Shown here one piece after another: positions 1 to 12,500 of a stretch of DNA of 44,227 nt; positions within the stretch are counted from its first letter, which is position 1; every line of letters starts with the position of its first letter. The position numbers and the translations under genes are program-made. Source of the stretch: Octopus bimaculoides (Eukaryota); NCBI RefSeq assembly GCF_001194135.2, contig NC_068997.1, positions 35,661,525 through 35,705,751 on the forward strand. The letters run 5' to 3'. The notes beneath the pieces were generated by a model that saw only the letters and a list, made by a program, of their open reading frames with translations, searched no databases and was not told where the DNA came from.

Positions 1-329
1 TAACAAAGAGATAGAGAGGTGGGGGTAATGCTATTATCAGAAAGCATTACTTCCTATGATAAATTTGTGGAATCATTGACAGAGAGAGGAAGGGGTACAA
101 AATATATATGCTATCGGTCTTAGCATATCTTTTGACAGGTCACTAAGAGAAGGAAGGACAAACTAACATAGATAGGGAGTTAGGGAGTGTCTATATGCTG
201 GATTCTCAATGCATACCTTCTCAAAGCTTTTACTAGTCACTAAGAGAGGAGAAGGGGAGACAGAATATTTCGAAAACTGGACGGATTATTTTTTGCAAGA
301 AAGTAACTATTTTATCTAATTTTCCGATG

Positions 330-1830
330 ATATAACAGGACATGCGGCGCATAGCTTGCATGTCTGTGAGTGCATGCCACTGGCAAAAATTCCAAAGGTT
401 CATTCATGGCATTTTTGGTTATAAACAGACCATAGACTTCTAATAAAGTTATACGGAGCCAAGAAAGGAATCCCAATACAAACAGCAAACAGACTGCAGT
501 AGTGGGGTACCATTCTATTAAACTACAATTATAGAATGGAATATCTGCCTTCAAAAAAGTTGGGACAGACTGGTGGTCTGTCTAGGCTAATTTCAAGAAA
601 TAACGAACTGGTGGAAGAAACTGTAATAGCAGTGCTAAGAGCAGAGACAGAAACAAAAAAAGTGATGTGGAACATCATGCGTGAACTACCAGTAATTTTG
701 GAAGAAATAAAAAGAAATGCAAGATTTGACAAATTTATTAATGAGACAAAAAGAAAATTGTGGTTGACAAAAGGAAATAAAGAAAGATCTGATGCAAAGA
801 ACCACCAAGATGTGAACGTGTGCTCTATATGTGATGGTGTATTAATGTACGCTCAGAGGGTGGTCATACCACAGACGTTAGAGAAGAGAATGCTAAAAGA
901 ATTCCATGTGGGACATCCAGGCATCTCTAGAATGAAAGTGCTGACACAAAGTTTCGTATACTGGCCAAGCATAGACAAGGAAGTTCAAAACCTGGTAAAA
1001 GGCTGCAGAGGATGTGTACTGGCAGCGAAACTACCTACTACAAAATGTGAACCTAGGCCGGAAGTGAAAAAACCATGGTCCTGATTGCATATCGATTCTG
1101 CAGGTCTGGTAAATGGATAATATTACTTAATAACAGTGGACAACTATACAAAATGGTCTGAGGTATTGAGGTGTAAATGACTAACCTCATATACCATAAT
1201 AAACTTCTTACATGAGCTGTTTGCAAGATTTGGTGTACTGGACATAATTGTTAACAGAACACAGTTTGTATCCTGTGAGATGTTCATGTTAGAACATAAA
1301 ACTGTAGCCCTATATCACCCTAGATTGAATGGAAGGGCTGAACAGTTCATTGACACTTTTAAGAGAGCTTTAAAGAAAGCTAATAAGGAAGCCACAGATG
1401 AGGTTGTGATCCAACAATTCTTCATATGCCAGAAGGAAGTTCACCAGCAGAATTAATGTTTGCAGAAAGGTGAAGTCAGTATTCGATAAACTATTACCAG
1501 TGAAGAAAAAAATATATGCTAGTAAAAACATGCCAAAATTCTCTAGAATCAGAGATAAGGTATATGTAAGAATGTACAAAAAAGGCAAGCAATATTGGGA
1601 AGGAGAAATTGTAACATACATAGGAAGAATGATGTATGGTGTAAGAAGCAGAAATGGAATGGAAAGGTGACATAGAAATCAGCTTAAGAAAAGGAACCAA
1701 GAGTAGAAATACTGATGGATTGGCTATATGACACTTTTCAGGTTCCAACACCATTACAAGAAGTTGAAACCACACATACAAGGAAAAGGAAATACACTGA
1801 ACTCCTAAAAGTAGACCCTAAGAAGAAAAG
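330..1830 (+). mobile_element. Gypsy/Ty3 LTR retrotransposon pol remnant (RNase H end, integrase), with stops and frameshifts
   Basis: Reads KFQRFIHG..TDH..GAKKGIPIQTANRLQ*WGTILLNYNYRMEYLPSKKLG (RNase H end). ORF 536-1084 has the integrase H2C2 finger EFHVGHPGISRMK..YWP..CRGC. Downstream PWS*LHIDSAG..VDNYTKWSEV and YHPRLNGRAEQFIDTFKRAL match the rve core. Confidence 0.9.
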
Positions 1831-1836
1831 TTATTG

Positions 1837-1837
<1 letters not shown>

Positions 1838-1891
<54 letters not shown>
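1838..1891. repeat. (TA)n microsatellite
   Basis: Uninterrupted TA dinucleotide run. Confidence 0.97.
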
Positions 1892-1895
<4 letters not shown>

Positions 1896-1937
1896 AGGAG
1901 GGGTGAATAAAAAAAATGATTGTTAACTATTAAAATT

Positions 1938-2285
1938 AAAAGGGGAGATATTGTATAGTGAAATTGTACACCTCTCCCAGTAAAAAGTAGTAGTAGCCAG
2001 CCATTATAAATAGTTCAGTAGCTGGTTGACAGGAAAATGTCAGAAGGTTGAGAGTACATGTAGACTGTTGATAATTGTATCTGTGCCTCAAAAGTAATTA
2101 TACTGTGATACTGAGTGGACATTATATTGATCCAACCTTTCGAGGATAATAACACTGTTATGACTGGGGGTCGTACAGTGCCAGATAGAACCATTCTATT
2201 GATGACTTCAGAATATAACAATATCTGTCAGAGCATCAACCATCATCAAAAGACAGATACAACAGTGGTAAAAGACTATTTTACA
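1938..2285 (+). mobile_element. Polypurine tract plus putative 3' LTR of the Gypsy remnant
   Basis: AAAAGGGGAGA (1938-1948) is followed by TGTATAGT at 1952. A TATAAATAG box lies near 2005. The segment ends ACTATTTTACA at 2285, giving TG..CA termini with an imperfect inverted match. The partner LTR is outside the window. Confidence 0.6.
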
Positions 2286-2295
2286 ATACCCAACT

Positions 2296-3946
2296 AAGGG
2301 ACCAGCTATCCAAATCGACAGTAGCTTAATAGATAAAGCAATTAAGGACATGAAGACAGGGAAAGCCAAACCCCACCGGCCCATCAGGAGTCACTGCTGA
2401 GATGCTTAAAATATCTGGTGACATAGGATATTACCTAGTCACCCAAATAGTTAATCAGGTTGTCCATGAGAGAGTCATACCCAATTGTTGGTGTAGCAGC
2501 ATTATAGTCAACTGCTACTAAAAAAAAAGGTGATGCCTTAGACAGGAATAATAACAGAGGCATCAAATTGCTGGACCAGGTGATGAAAGTCACAGAAAGG
2601 GTCATAGGTGAATTAATTAGGGAGAGAGTTATTGTAGATAAGATGCAGTTCGGATTTGTGCTAGGCAGGAACACAACTGATGCTATATTCCTGGTTGTGT
2701 AGCTGAAGGAGAAGTACCTAAACCAAAGACAGACTTCTGTACTTGGCTTTTGTTGACATGGAGAAAGCTTTTGACAACATTCCCTGGTCCCTTATCTGGT
2801 GGTCAATGGGGAAACTAGGGATAAACGAGTGGTTGGTGAGAGCTGTACAAGCCATGTACAGGGATGCTATCAGTAAGATGAAGGTTATCAATGGGTATAG
2901 CGATGAATTCAGGGTACAAGTGGGGGTTCACCAAGGATCAATACTCAATCATCTCTTGTTTATCATAGATCTCCAGACAAAAACAGATGGGCTGCCTCTG
3001 GAAGCTTCTCTATGCTGATGACCATGTTCTTATAGCTGAATCACTACTAGAACTAGAGAAGAAATTTCAGGCATGGAAGCAAGGTTTAGAATTGAGTTAA
3101 CTTGTGCATAAAAAAAAGACTCCATCAAATGCTGGGGCGAAACTAGAAGTAGTTGATAGCTTCTGTTACCTTGGTGACCAAGTCAGTAGCAGAGGTGGAT
3201 GCTCTGAGAGCATAGCTGCTAGACTAAGAATAGGCTAAGCAAAGCTCAGAGAGTTCTTACCTCTGCTAGCCTCTCCCTTAGAGCAAAAGGCAGATTGTAC
3301 GACACATGTGTGTGAACACCTATACTACACAGCAGTGAAACTGGGCTGTGACCGCTGAGGATATGTGAAGGCTTGAAAGAAACGAAGCTAGTATGCTTCG
3401 CTGGATATGCAATGTCAGTGTGCACGTATGAAAGAGTGTAAGCATCTTGAGAGAAAAGTTGGGCATAAGAATCATCAGATGTGGTGCGCAAGAGAGACAA
3501 CTGCACAGGTATGGTCATGTGATGCATATGGACGAGGACAGCTGTGCGAAGAAGTGCCTATCGCTAACTGTGGAGGGAACCTGTGGAAGAGGTAGACCCA
3601 GGAAGATATGGGATGAGGTGTTGCAGCATGTCCTTGTATCTGTTGGGCCTCACAGATACAATGACAAGTTACCGAGACCTTTGGCAATATACCGTGCTTG
3701 AGAAGACCAGTCAAGCTAGGTGAGATCATAGTTGTGGCCAATGCTGGTGTTTCATAACTGGTATCCATGCCAGTGAGATGTTTAAAAGCACCCACTACAC
3801 TCTTGGAGTGGTTGGTGTTAGGAAGGGCATCTAGCTGTAGAAACCATGCCAAATCAGATTGGAACTTGGTGCAGCTCCCCACCCCATCTTACCAGTTTTT
3901 AATCAAACCATCCAACCCATGTCTGCATAGAAAATGATGATGATGA
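2296..3946 (+). mobile_element. 5'-truncated RTE-clade LINE (RT domain, 3' UTR, (GAT)n tail)
   Basis: Motifs PSGVTAEMLK, RGIKLLDQVMKVTERVI, AFVDMEKAFD, VGVHQGS, LYADD, YLGDQ and CGRGRPRK. The family 3' UTR ends in gatgatgatgat. Confidence 0.92.
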
Positions 3947-4299
3947 TATACACATATATATCTAGCATTTTGTGTGTGTGCTTTGTGGGAGGTAGTGCTT
4001 GAGTCATGCGGGCCTGGTCAGCCATCAGGGAACTCACAGGAATCAACCCATGGTAAAGTGTGATATAGTTATTGTTCACAACAGAACGTGTATAACATGT
4101 GTAAAGGTGTGCCTCTCCATTGGAGGATTGAAAAAGCAAGTCAAAAGTGTTCATACTGTGGCACTTGTTTCTTCTGCGAGCCAACACAGCTGTGCATTAT
4201 GTAATAGAATGCACAAAACTTTCACCGGGCTTCAACATTGACTCATTTCAATGGTTCTTTCTAGCAATGGCTTTGCTTGTATACAAGAAAGCAGCTAAG

Positions 4300-4520
4300 A
4301 TATATATATATGTATGTGTGTGTGTGAGTGTATATACATTCGTGTATTTGTGTGTCCATGTTTGTGTTTGTAGCCATACACACACACACACACATATATA
4401 CACATACATATATACACACACATACGTATACATATATATATATATACATTTGTTTACACACCTGTCTTCGTCTTTTGTTTTTTTATAAATTCTCACCATA
4501 CACACACACATATATATACA
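4300..4520. repeat. Compound (TA)/(TG)/(CA) microsatellite region
   Basis: Alternating TA, TG and CA dinucleotide runs. Confidence 0.9.
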
Positions 4521-4529
4521 CAAGCCACA

Positions 4530-5557
4530 AGGGAGGCTGGGTGATAGGTATACATAGTCAAGGGTGAAGTGGAAAAGAAGACGTTTGCCAATGTCCAGCA
4601 ATGTCAGGACCAAAGAACTGAAGTATTGCAGATTCCAAGACAGTGTGTGAGAGAAAATTGTGATGTTACAGGAGAGAAATGTATCCGCATGAATGATTAT
4701 AATGATTCGAAAAAGAAAGAGGTTTGGAGAAGCCATTATGAAAGACTGCTGAACGCGGAAAATGAAAGGGAGGAGGAGAGCCTGCCAAATGTTGACCCAA
4801 TAGAAGGACCAGCTATCCAAATAGACAGCACCCTGGTAGATAAAGCAATTAAGGGTATGAAGCCAAGAAAAGCCCCCAGCCCATTAGGAGTCACTGCTGA
4901 GATGCTTAAAACATCTGGTGGTGTGGGATATGGCCTAGTCACCCGTATTGTAAACCAGGAAGTTCATGACGGAGTCATACCCAATGACTGGCTATGAGGG
5001 TAAAGTTGATGCTTTAGATAGAAATAACTACAGGGGTATGAAACTGCTGGATCAGGTGATGAAGGTCACGGAGAGTGTCATAGCCCAACTAACTAGGGAG
5101 GGAGTCTGCTTAGATGAGATGCAGTTCGTTTTTGTGTCAGATAGAAGCACCACTGATGCTATATTCCTGATTTGGCAACTGCAGGAGAAATACCTAGCCT
5201 AAGATAAACCTTTGTACTTGGCTTTTGTTGACTTGGAGAAAGCCTTTGACAGCCCCCCCCCCCGATCCCTTATCTGGTGGGCAATGAAGAAACTGAGGGT
5301 AGACGAATGGTTAATAAGGGCTGTACAGGCCCTGTACAGCGATGCCGTTAGTAAGGTTAGAGTTGGCAATGAGTAGAATGAAGAATTCTGGGTAGAAGTA
5401 GGGGTCCACCAAGGATCAGCCCTCAGCTCCCTCTTATTCATCATAGTCCTCCAGGCAATAACAGAGGCATTCAAGACAGGTTGCTCCTGGTAATCTTCTA
5501 TGCTGATGAACTGGCCCTCATAGCAGAATCACTACCAGAACTAGAAAAGAAATTGAT
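4530..5557 (+). mobile_element. RTE-clade LINE fragment (linker to RT)
   Basis: ORFs 4569-4997 and 4966-5202 contain WRSHYERLLN, KAIKGMKPRKAP, NYRGMKLLDQVMKV and TTDAIF. These are homologous to the other RTE copies in the window. Confidence 0.9.
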
Positions 5558-5559
5558 CT

Positions 5560-5960
5560 TGACCAATAGCTTGACCTTGGTTTTGCAGGCAGAGCAGTTG
5601 TGTCTTTTCCAACCATACCACACATATAGTAATCCATGGGTTTAAAACAGTGGGAATAAGGAGGCCAAAAACTGGGGTTAGTGAAGTCTCTGTTAACCAC
5701 TTCTAACTCTTTCAGAAAGTATGGTAAAGAGCCAAATCCTGCTGCCACACATATGGTCTTCCAACAGCAACCTTCTCCAGCCAGGGATTGACCACAGCCT
5801 CCAGTAGCTTCACATAACCACCTGAATTGAGTCTAAGGCATTGTTTAAAGATGAGGGAATGAATTCCAGTGTGTGGATGCTGTCACAACCCCTGCTGATC
5901 CCCTTCTTAGCTGTGGCTTGAAGTCACTATTGCAGCTGTCCATGTTATATCTTACAGCCT
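5560..5960 (-). mobile_element. Tc1/mariner-superfamily transposase relic (C-terminal catalytic part)
   Basis: Minus strand reads YVKLLEAVVNPWLEKVAVGRPYVWQQD and FWPPYSHCFKPMDYYMCGMV, a decayed WPPxSPDLNPxDY motif. Confidence 0.75.
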
Positions 5961-6291
5961 TTACAGCGTTCACAGAGCATTGAGTAACAGTCAGGATGTC
6001 AGTATTATGAAAGCCAGTGCAAATCATCATGATGCAGGTTTTATAGCCAGTCACCACTTTTTATAGTCACGTTTTGGTTACCATTTGTGTAACACTATTT
6101 TTATATGTTTCCTATTTGGAAATAGATAATAAATATATTTTACTTTTGAAGTAGGAATATATATTGATAAACCTGTCACTTATAACTTACTTATAAGTCT
6201 TAACATTATGCATAAATCCTGACTCCAGCTACATAAACGCCATAGCGAGAAATATGTACTCGGAAACACTAACGGACATTTTATGTATGCG

Positions 6292-6830
6292 ACAGATGCA
6301 CAGGGACAATAAACACTACAGATGCACAGGGACAATAAACACTACAGATGCACAGAGACAATAAACACTACAGATGCTCAGAAAACAGATTCCATCACAT
6401 GTTAGGGGAGAAACTAGAAGTAGTTGATAGCTTCCACTTCCTAGGTGACCAAGTCTGTAGTGGGAGTGGATGCTCAGAGAGTGTTACCACTAGAATAAGA
6501 ATAGCCTGGGCAAAGTTCAAAAAGCTTCTACCCCTACTGGTGACAAAGGGCCTCTCGCTCAGAGTGAAAGGTAGATTGTACGATGCATGTGTGCAAACTG
6601 CCATGCTCCATGGCAGTGAAACATGGGCCATGACTACTGAAGTCATGCGTAGGCTCGAATGGAATAAAGCTAGCATGATCCGCTGGATGTGTAGTGTCAG
6701 TGTGCACACACGACAGAGTGTAAGCACCCTTAAAGAAATGTTGGACATTAGAAGCATTGGATGTGGTATGCAAGAGAGATGTTTGCGTTGGTATGGACAT
6801 GTACTATGGATGGATGAGGAGAGCTGTAGT
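6292..6830 (+). mobile_element. RTE-clade LINE fragment with a 26-bp unit repeated three times at its 5' junction
   Basis: ORF 6348-6872 reads EKLEVVDSFHFLGDQV..RIRIAWAKF..TAMLHGSETW. It is preceded by (cagatgcacagggacaataaacacta)x3. Confidence 0.9.
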
Positions 6831-7216
6831 TATTTCTATCTAAAGCATCACCTTTACACTTGTAGCAGTTGAAGATAAACAAATTTGTGTTCTTTTAACC
6901 GCTATAAAAAAATACACAGTTTCATAATTGCAGAAATAAATTTCATTAACAAGTTGAAGAACGTGAAGAAAGAGAAAATAATTGCTACATTATTTTATTT
7001 ATGTACATTTGGCATTTATAGTACAATTGGAAAGTAAAGTTATTTTGTCGTAGAGAATTACGACTTAAAATTCACACTAGCTAATTTTTCATACTAACTA
7101 CTAGAGTTCACAACAATTCAAATAAGTGTTGTTGGATTTTTATCAGACATAGCATAAAAAATAGCCAATATCTCAATGAGTGAGTTTCGTAACAATCCTA
7201 TGAACACTATTGTGAG

Positions 7217-7380
7217 TGAAGTAGTTGTATGCTGTTAACTTAATGTGACAGTCCCCTGAAGGGAATAATACTACTGTTGATTAGACCTAGGAAGCTGCAC
7301 TGCTTCCTAGGTCTAACCAACAATAGTATTATTCCCATAAGAGGACTATCACATTTAGTTAACAGCATACAACTACTTCA
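7217..7380. repeat. Long palindrome (about 79-bp arms, 6-nt loop), MITE-like
   Basis: tgaagtagttgtatgctgttaact...cctaggaagc, loop tgcact, then gcttcctagg...agttaacagcatacaactacttca. I count 7 mismatches between the arms by eye. Confidence 0.9.
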
Positions 7381-7789
7381 TCGTATCACTACTGCATAAA
7401 TCTCTCGGAGAGATTTAGAAATGTATTATTTCTAATCTATTGTGAGTGTTGTGGAGTTTAGTAACACCCAACGAACACTCAGTAATTTCCCAAAAATCAG
7501 GGTTTTTATAACTGCTCATATCCGAATTCTAAGAACTGTATTTCATGAAAGATTTCTTTGACAAAAGTTTAGAATTTGTATATGGGCAATAATTTTAACC
7601 AATGGGGTTACCAACAATTATGCTTGTTCAAGCAAACGACCATTACGTCATATTTCCGCCTTTTATGACTTGCTACACAGGTAACTCTTTTCCAATACTA
7701 GATAGATTCCAGTCCTCCATGTCGGATAACTTTTTCTCAACTACAACTTGAATCTTTATGATCTCCAATGCCATTCACTGTTCACTGAT

Positions 7790-7905
7790 ACATTAAGTCC
7801 CACAGTGTGGCACCTTGGGCAAGTATTTTCTACTATAGCCCCAGGACTAACTAAGCCTTGTGAGTGGTTATGGTAAATGGAAATTAAAAGAAGCCTATCA
7901 TATGT
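7790..7905 (+). mobile_element. SINE fragment (tRNA-derived family, body and tail)
   Basis: gtcccacagtgtggcaccttgggcaagt..tactatagcc..gccttgtgagtgg matches an abundant octopus SINE as I recall it. A smaller related piece lies at about 20720-20770. Confidence 0.6.
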
Positions 7906-8579
7906 GTTAAAAAAAGGAGACATAAAAAAATCATTAAATTTAGCCCAAACAACCCACTTTTTCTTTTATTTTTTCAGACTGTTGCATTTCATTATACACA
8001 ATTTCTTTTGCTGTTATATATGATTCTTTTGGCCATTATGTAGTTTTTCCAATCACTTGATAATTTCAGGGCTATGTCTTGAAAATTTTTTATGTCATAT
8101 TACATATTCCTTCAGGAAATAACAAAGTTGAGCTGATATTTTCAATTCAACTATTGTTTTATATTTATTTCTTTGTTACTATCAACCCCAACTGGCAGCT
8201 GTTATTTTTCAAAATTAGTCATCCAATCACATTTAAATGCAAATTCATTGAATATCCACAAAAGACTGTATATACCCACAATTTATAAACTTTCATTATT
8301 CTTTAATTATCATAACTGTCTGATGAACAGACATGTGAAACTCTGAGTAACAATTTGTGAAGTTTTTTTTTTTCTCCTTTGATAAAACAGTTTATACAAG
8401 TTCTTCCATGTGTTCAGTGGCAACCATACTCGAAAATATGCACAGCTAAGCTAAGAAATTCTCTTGTTTTTAAATGCCTCATTCATTCAAACCCATCTAT
8501 TCTCTAAAATAATTCTTTCTTCTTTGTTCTGTAGCAAACTCATAAGAGGCGGAGAGAGAACGTAAGTTTGTTTGCCAGA

Positions 8580-9300
8580 ACATGAGAAAATATTGATTTC
8601 TCATTGGTTAAAAATTACTGCCCATATACGAATTATGAACTTCGTTGAAGAAATCTTTCACGGGGTTACGGTTCTATGATTCGTGTATGAGTAGTTATAA
8701 AAACCCTGATTTTCGGCAAAATCTCCAGTGATCGTTGGATGTTACTCAAGTCCACGACACTCACCCTTTTGAGTATAGGCTAATATATATGCCATGTTCA
8801 ATACTCAAATCCGACAATATTGAATTGTCGTGAAACCTTATTAGTTAGAATGAGAAACTAGTTAATGATAATTTTAAGTCGTAAATTCTCTACGATGAAA
8901 TGCTTTGTTTCTAAATTTCTATAAATGTAAAAATATGTATATAATAAATTCATGTAGAAACTTAATTCCTTTTATTTCTTGTTTCTTTNNNNNNNNNNNN
9001 NNNNNNNNNNNNNNNNNNNNNNNNNNNNNNNNNNNNNNNNNNNNNNNNNNNNNNNNNNNNNNNNNNNNNNNNNNNNNNNNNNNNNNNNNNNNNNNNNNNN
9101 NNNNNNNNNNNNNNNNNNNNNNNNNNNNNNNNNNNNNNNNNNNNNNNNNNNNNNNNNCTATATCTTCAACATACGTGCACATGATAAACGCTCACCCAGC
9201 GTTTTATCATGTATACATCATAACATTTACGCAGCCTAAACTAAACTAAGAGTTATGCTTAGTGATAAATACTTATAATTAAGTTATAAGTAACGAAATT
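8580..9300 (-). repeat. Unclassified AT-rich interspersed repeat, copy 2 (inverted, spans an N gap)
   Basis: Reverse complement of the blocks at 6170-7620, for example gttataaaaaccctgatt, taagtcgtaaattctctacga and tacttataattaagttataag. Confidence 0.6.
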
Positions 9301-9579
9301 ATCATTATAGTTTTTAATTAATAAACAATAAAATTTGTTATAACTTACGAATGAAAACATTATAAATAAAGATATAGTATATCTCACATTTCAACGACCT
9401 GTTGTTGTGATAAACAACCAACATAGAAAAACTGGTGTCCGACCTGTTATATACACATAAAAGTTCTAATCCTACAATGACTAACCTTGTTTCTTGGCTT
9501 CATGTACATACTTATTTCGTACTTTTCTCTAAAATAACACCTTCTTGTTTGCTATAATCCTTAAAATGACCTTTCATGT

Positions 9580-12500
9580 CGGTGATTGCATCCACCCTTT
9601 CCCACCACCAATACGAGAAATCTCTCTCACTCTTACCGAAAATCTCTTTCTCTCTCTCTCACCGGAAATCTTTCTTTTACTGGACATCTAGTTGCCCTTC
9701 CCCTCTCTCCTCCCCTATTGGTAATCTTGCTGCCCACTCCTCTCACTCCACCCCCTATCTCTAGACTAACTAAACCAGATAGTAGCCCACTTACCCTTTT
9801 TTATATTTATTTACTTACACATATCTGCAGCATCAGTAATGCTTCTCCCACAAGGCTCATAACACTTATATTAACAATGCCCCCTCACCCACCTAGTAGA
9901 GGTAACAACTTTAACAACTATTATGATGCCTGTTACCAAACGTTCACGGGAACCTTCTTTTCATGTACTGAACAACATCTCTCCTTCCTGTGTTACTTCC
10001 CATATCTCTTTTCCAGTTTTCAGAGTTGGCACTCTAAATGTAGGCAAATTGAAAGGTAGTGAGATTGTAGAGATGCTTGAACGGAGACGTGTTGCATACA
10101 AGAACTAAGAAGGAGAGGAACTTCAGCCAGAGTCCTCACAGGCAAAGCACATAGGTATAAACTCTTCTGGGAAGGTAATAGTGATATAATAGGGGGTGTG
10201 GGCATACTTCTTGCAGAGAAATGGATGGATAAGGTCATAGAGGTAGTGAGGGTGTGTGATAGAGTACTTAAACTCAGGCTAGTCTTGCAAAATGGCATAG
10301 CTACAATTATCTCTGCCTACGCCCCACAAGCAGGCCTACCAAATGAACAGAAGGATCACTTTTATGATATTCTGCAGGCTACTTCAAAGATGAGTGATAA
10401 TGATCTCATCTTTGTGGCTGAAGATTTTAATGGGCATGTCGTACAGCAATTTGGTATCTTCCATGGTGTACATAGGGGCCATAGAGTTGGTACCAGAAAT
10501 GAGGAAGTAACTAGGTTCCTGGAGTTCTACGATGCAAATAACCTATTGATCTGCAACACCAATTTCAGGAAGCCAACTAGCCACCTGATAACCTATCAAT
10601 TGGGTGACTCTGCTAGCCAGATCAATTTCATTCTCACCAGGTTGCTCTTAAATACAAAGACTCTCCCTGGTGAAGAATGTATCCCACAACATAGACTAGT
10701 TATTAGTGACTTTAGACTCGAGGCTAGAAGGATGCCCAAAACCAGACCAATCTGGAAAAGAAGACCTTGGAAGCTTAGGCACCCTTCACCTGGTCAGAGA
10801 TTTAGGGATATCCTTACCGAGAAATTTGATGATAGAGAGGAGGAGCTGCAGTGCTGTGACATAGAAGGCAGCTGGGAACTCCTGCAAGACAGCTTGCTGA
10901 GTGCCACAGACCAAATCTGTGGCTGGTGCAAAGTCCCTTCCAGACCTAGAGTAACATGGTGGTGGAATAATACGGTAGACAAAGCCATTAGAGCAAAGAA
11001 ACAGGCTTGGAAAGCCTGGAAGGGTGGGGGTAGCAGGGAACTGTACCAGATAGTCAGAAGGGAGGCTGGGTGACAGGTATACATAGCCAAGGGTGAAACA
11101 GAAAAGAAGACGTTTGCCAATGTCTAGCGACATAAGGACCAAGAACTGAAGTATTTCAGATTGCAAGACAGTGTGTGAGAGAAAATTGTGATGTCATAGG
11201 AGAGAAATGTGTCCACATGGATGATGGTGCACTTGCTTTTAGTGATTCAGAAAAGAAAGAGGCTTGGAGAAGCCATTATAAAAGATTGCTGAATGTTATG
11301 ATGAATGAGAGGAGGAGAGTCTGCCAAAGGTTGACCCAGTAGAGGGACCAGCTATCCAAATCGACAATACCCAGGTAGATAAAGACAGGGAAAGCCCCCG
11401 GCCCATCAGGAATCACTGCTAGGACGCTTAAAATATTGGGTGGTGTGGGTTATGGTCTTGTGACCCGCATCGTAAATCAGGTAGTTCATGAAAGAGTCAT
11501 ATCCAATGACTGGTGTAGCAGCACCATAGTCAACTGCTACAAGGGAAAAGGCGATGCTTTAGATAGAAATAACTACAGGGGTATCAAATTACTGGATCAG
11601 GTGATGAAAGTTACAGAGTGGGTCGTAGCCCAACTAATTAGGGAGAGAGTTAGGCTAGATGAGATGCAGTTTGGGATTGTGCCAGACAGAAGCACCACTA
11701 TGCTATATTTCTGGTAAGGCAACTGCAGGAGAAATACCTAGCCAAAGATAAACCTTTGTACTTGGCTTTTGTTGACTTGGAGAAAGCCTTTGACAGGGTC
11801 CCCTGATCCCGTATCTGGTGTGTGATGCAGAAACTAGGGATAGACAAGTGATTAATAAGAGCTGTACAGGCCCTGTACAGGGATGCTGTCAGTAAGGTGA
11901 GGGTTGGCAACCAGATAGTGAAGAATTCTGAGTAGAAGTAGGGGTCCACCAAGCATCAGTCCTCAGCCCCCTCTTATTCATTATAGTCCTCCAAGCAATA
12001 ACAGAGGAATTCAAGACAGACTGCCCTTGAGAGTTCCTATATGCTGATGACCTTGCTCTAATAGCTGAGTCACAGCCAGAACTGGAGACGAAATTTAGGG
12101 TGTGGAAGCAAGGTCTAGAATCAAAGGGCCTTAAAGTTAACCTAGCCAAAACCAAAGTCTTAGTAAGTTGGAAAGCTATCAAATCACAACACCCTTCAGG
12201 TAGATAGCCCTACTTCATCTGTAGAAAAGGCGTGGGTAGAAACTCCATACAATGTACCCGGTGTAAGCTAGGGATACATAAAAGGTGCAGCAATATCAAA
12301 GGAAGGTTAACAGGGAAAATAGTTTTTGTATGTGGCAGATGCACTGGGGTAATAAACACTGAAGATGTACAGATAACAGATTCTATCACATGCCAGGGGG
12401 AAAAATACAAGTAGTTAATAGCTTCAGCTACCTAGGTGATCAAGTCTATAGTGGGAGTGGTTGCTCTGAGAATGTAGTGACTAGAGTAAGAATAGACTAG

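Larger units (their letters stand above)
6170..7620 (+). repeat. Unclassified AT-rich interspersed repeat, copy 1 (interrupted by an RTE fragment and a hairpin insert)
   Basis: Shares blocks (ctgtcacttataactta, gtagaga-ttacga, aatcagg-tttttataactgct, aaagatttc-tttgacaaaag) with 27290-27980 and, inverted, with 8580-9300. Confidence 0.65.

Noticed and set aside
3999-4260. Cys-rich short ORFs (CSYCGTCFFC)
   Set aside because: Interrupted by stops, with no splice signals or recognisable family; cannot be supported as a gene.
8315-8350. CTGATGA...GAAAC hammerhead-like string
   Set aside because: No stem I pairing, no usable stem III and no PLE context.
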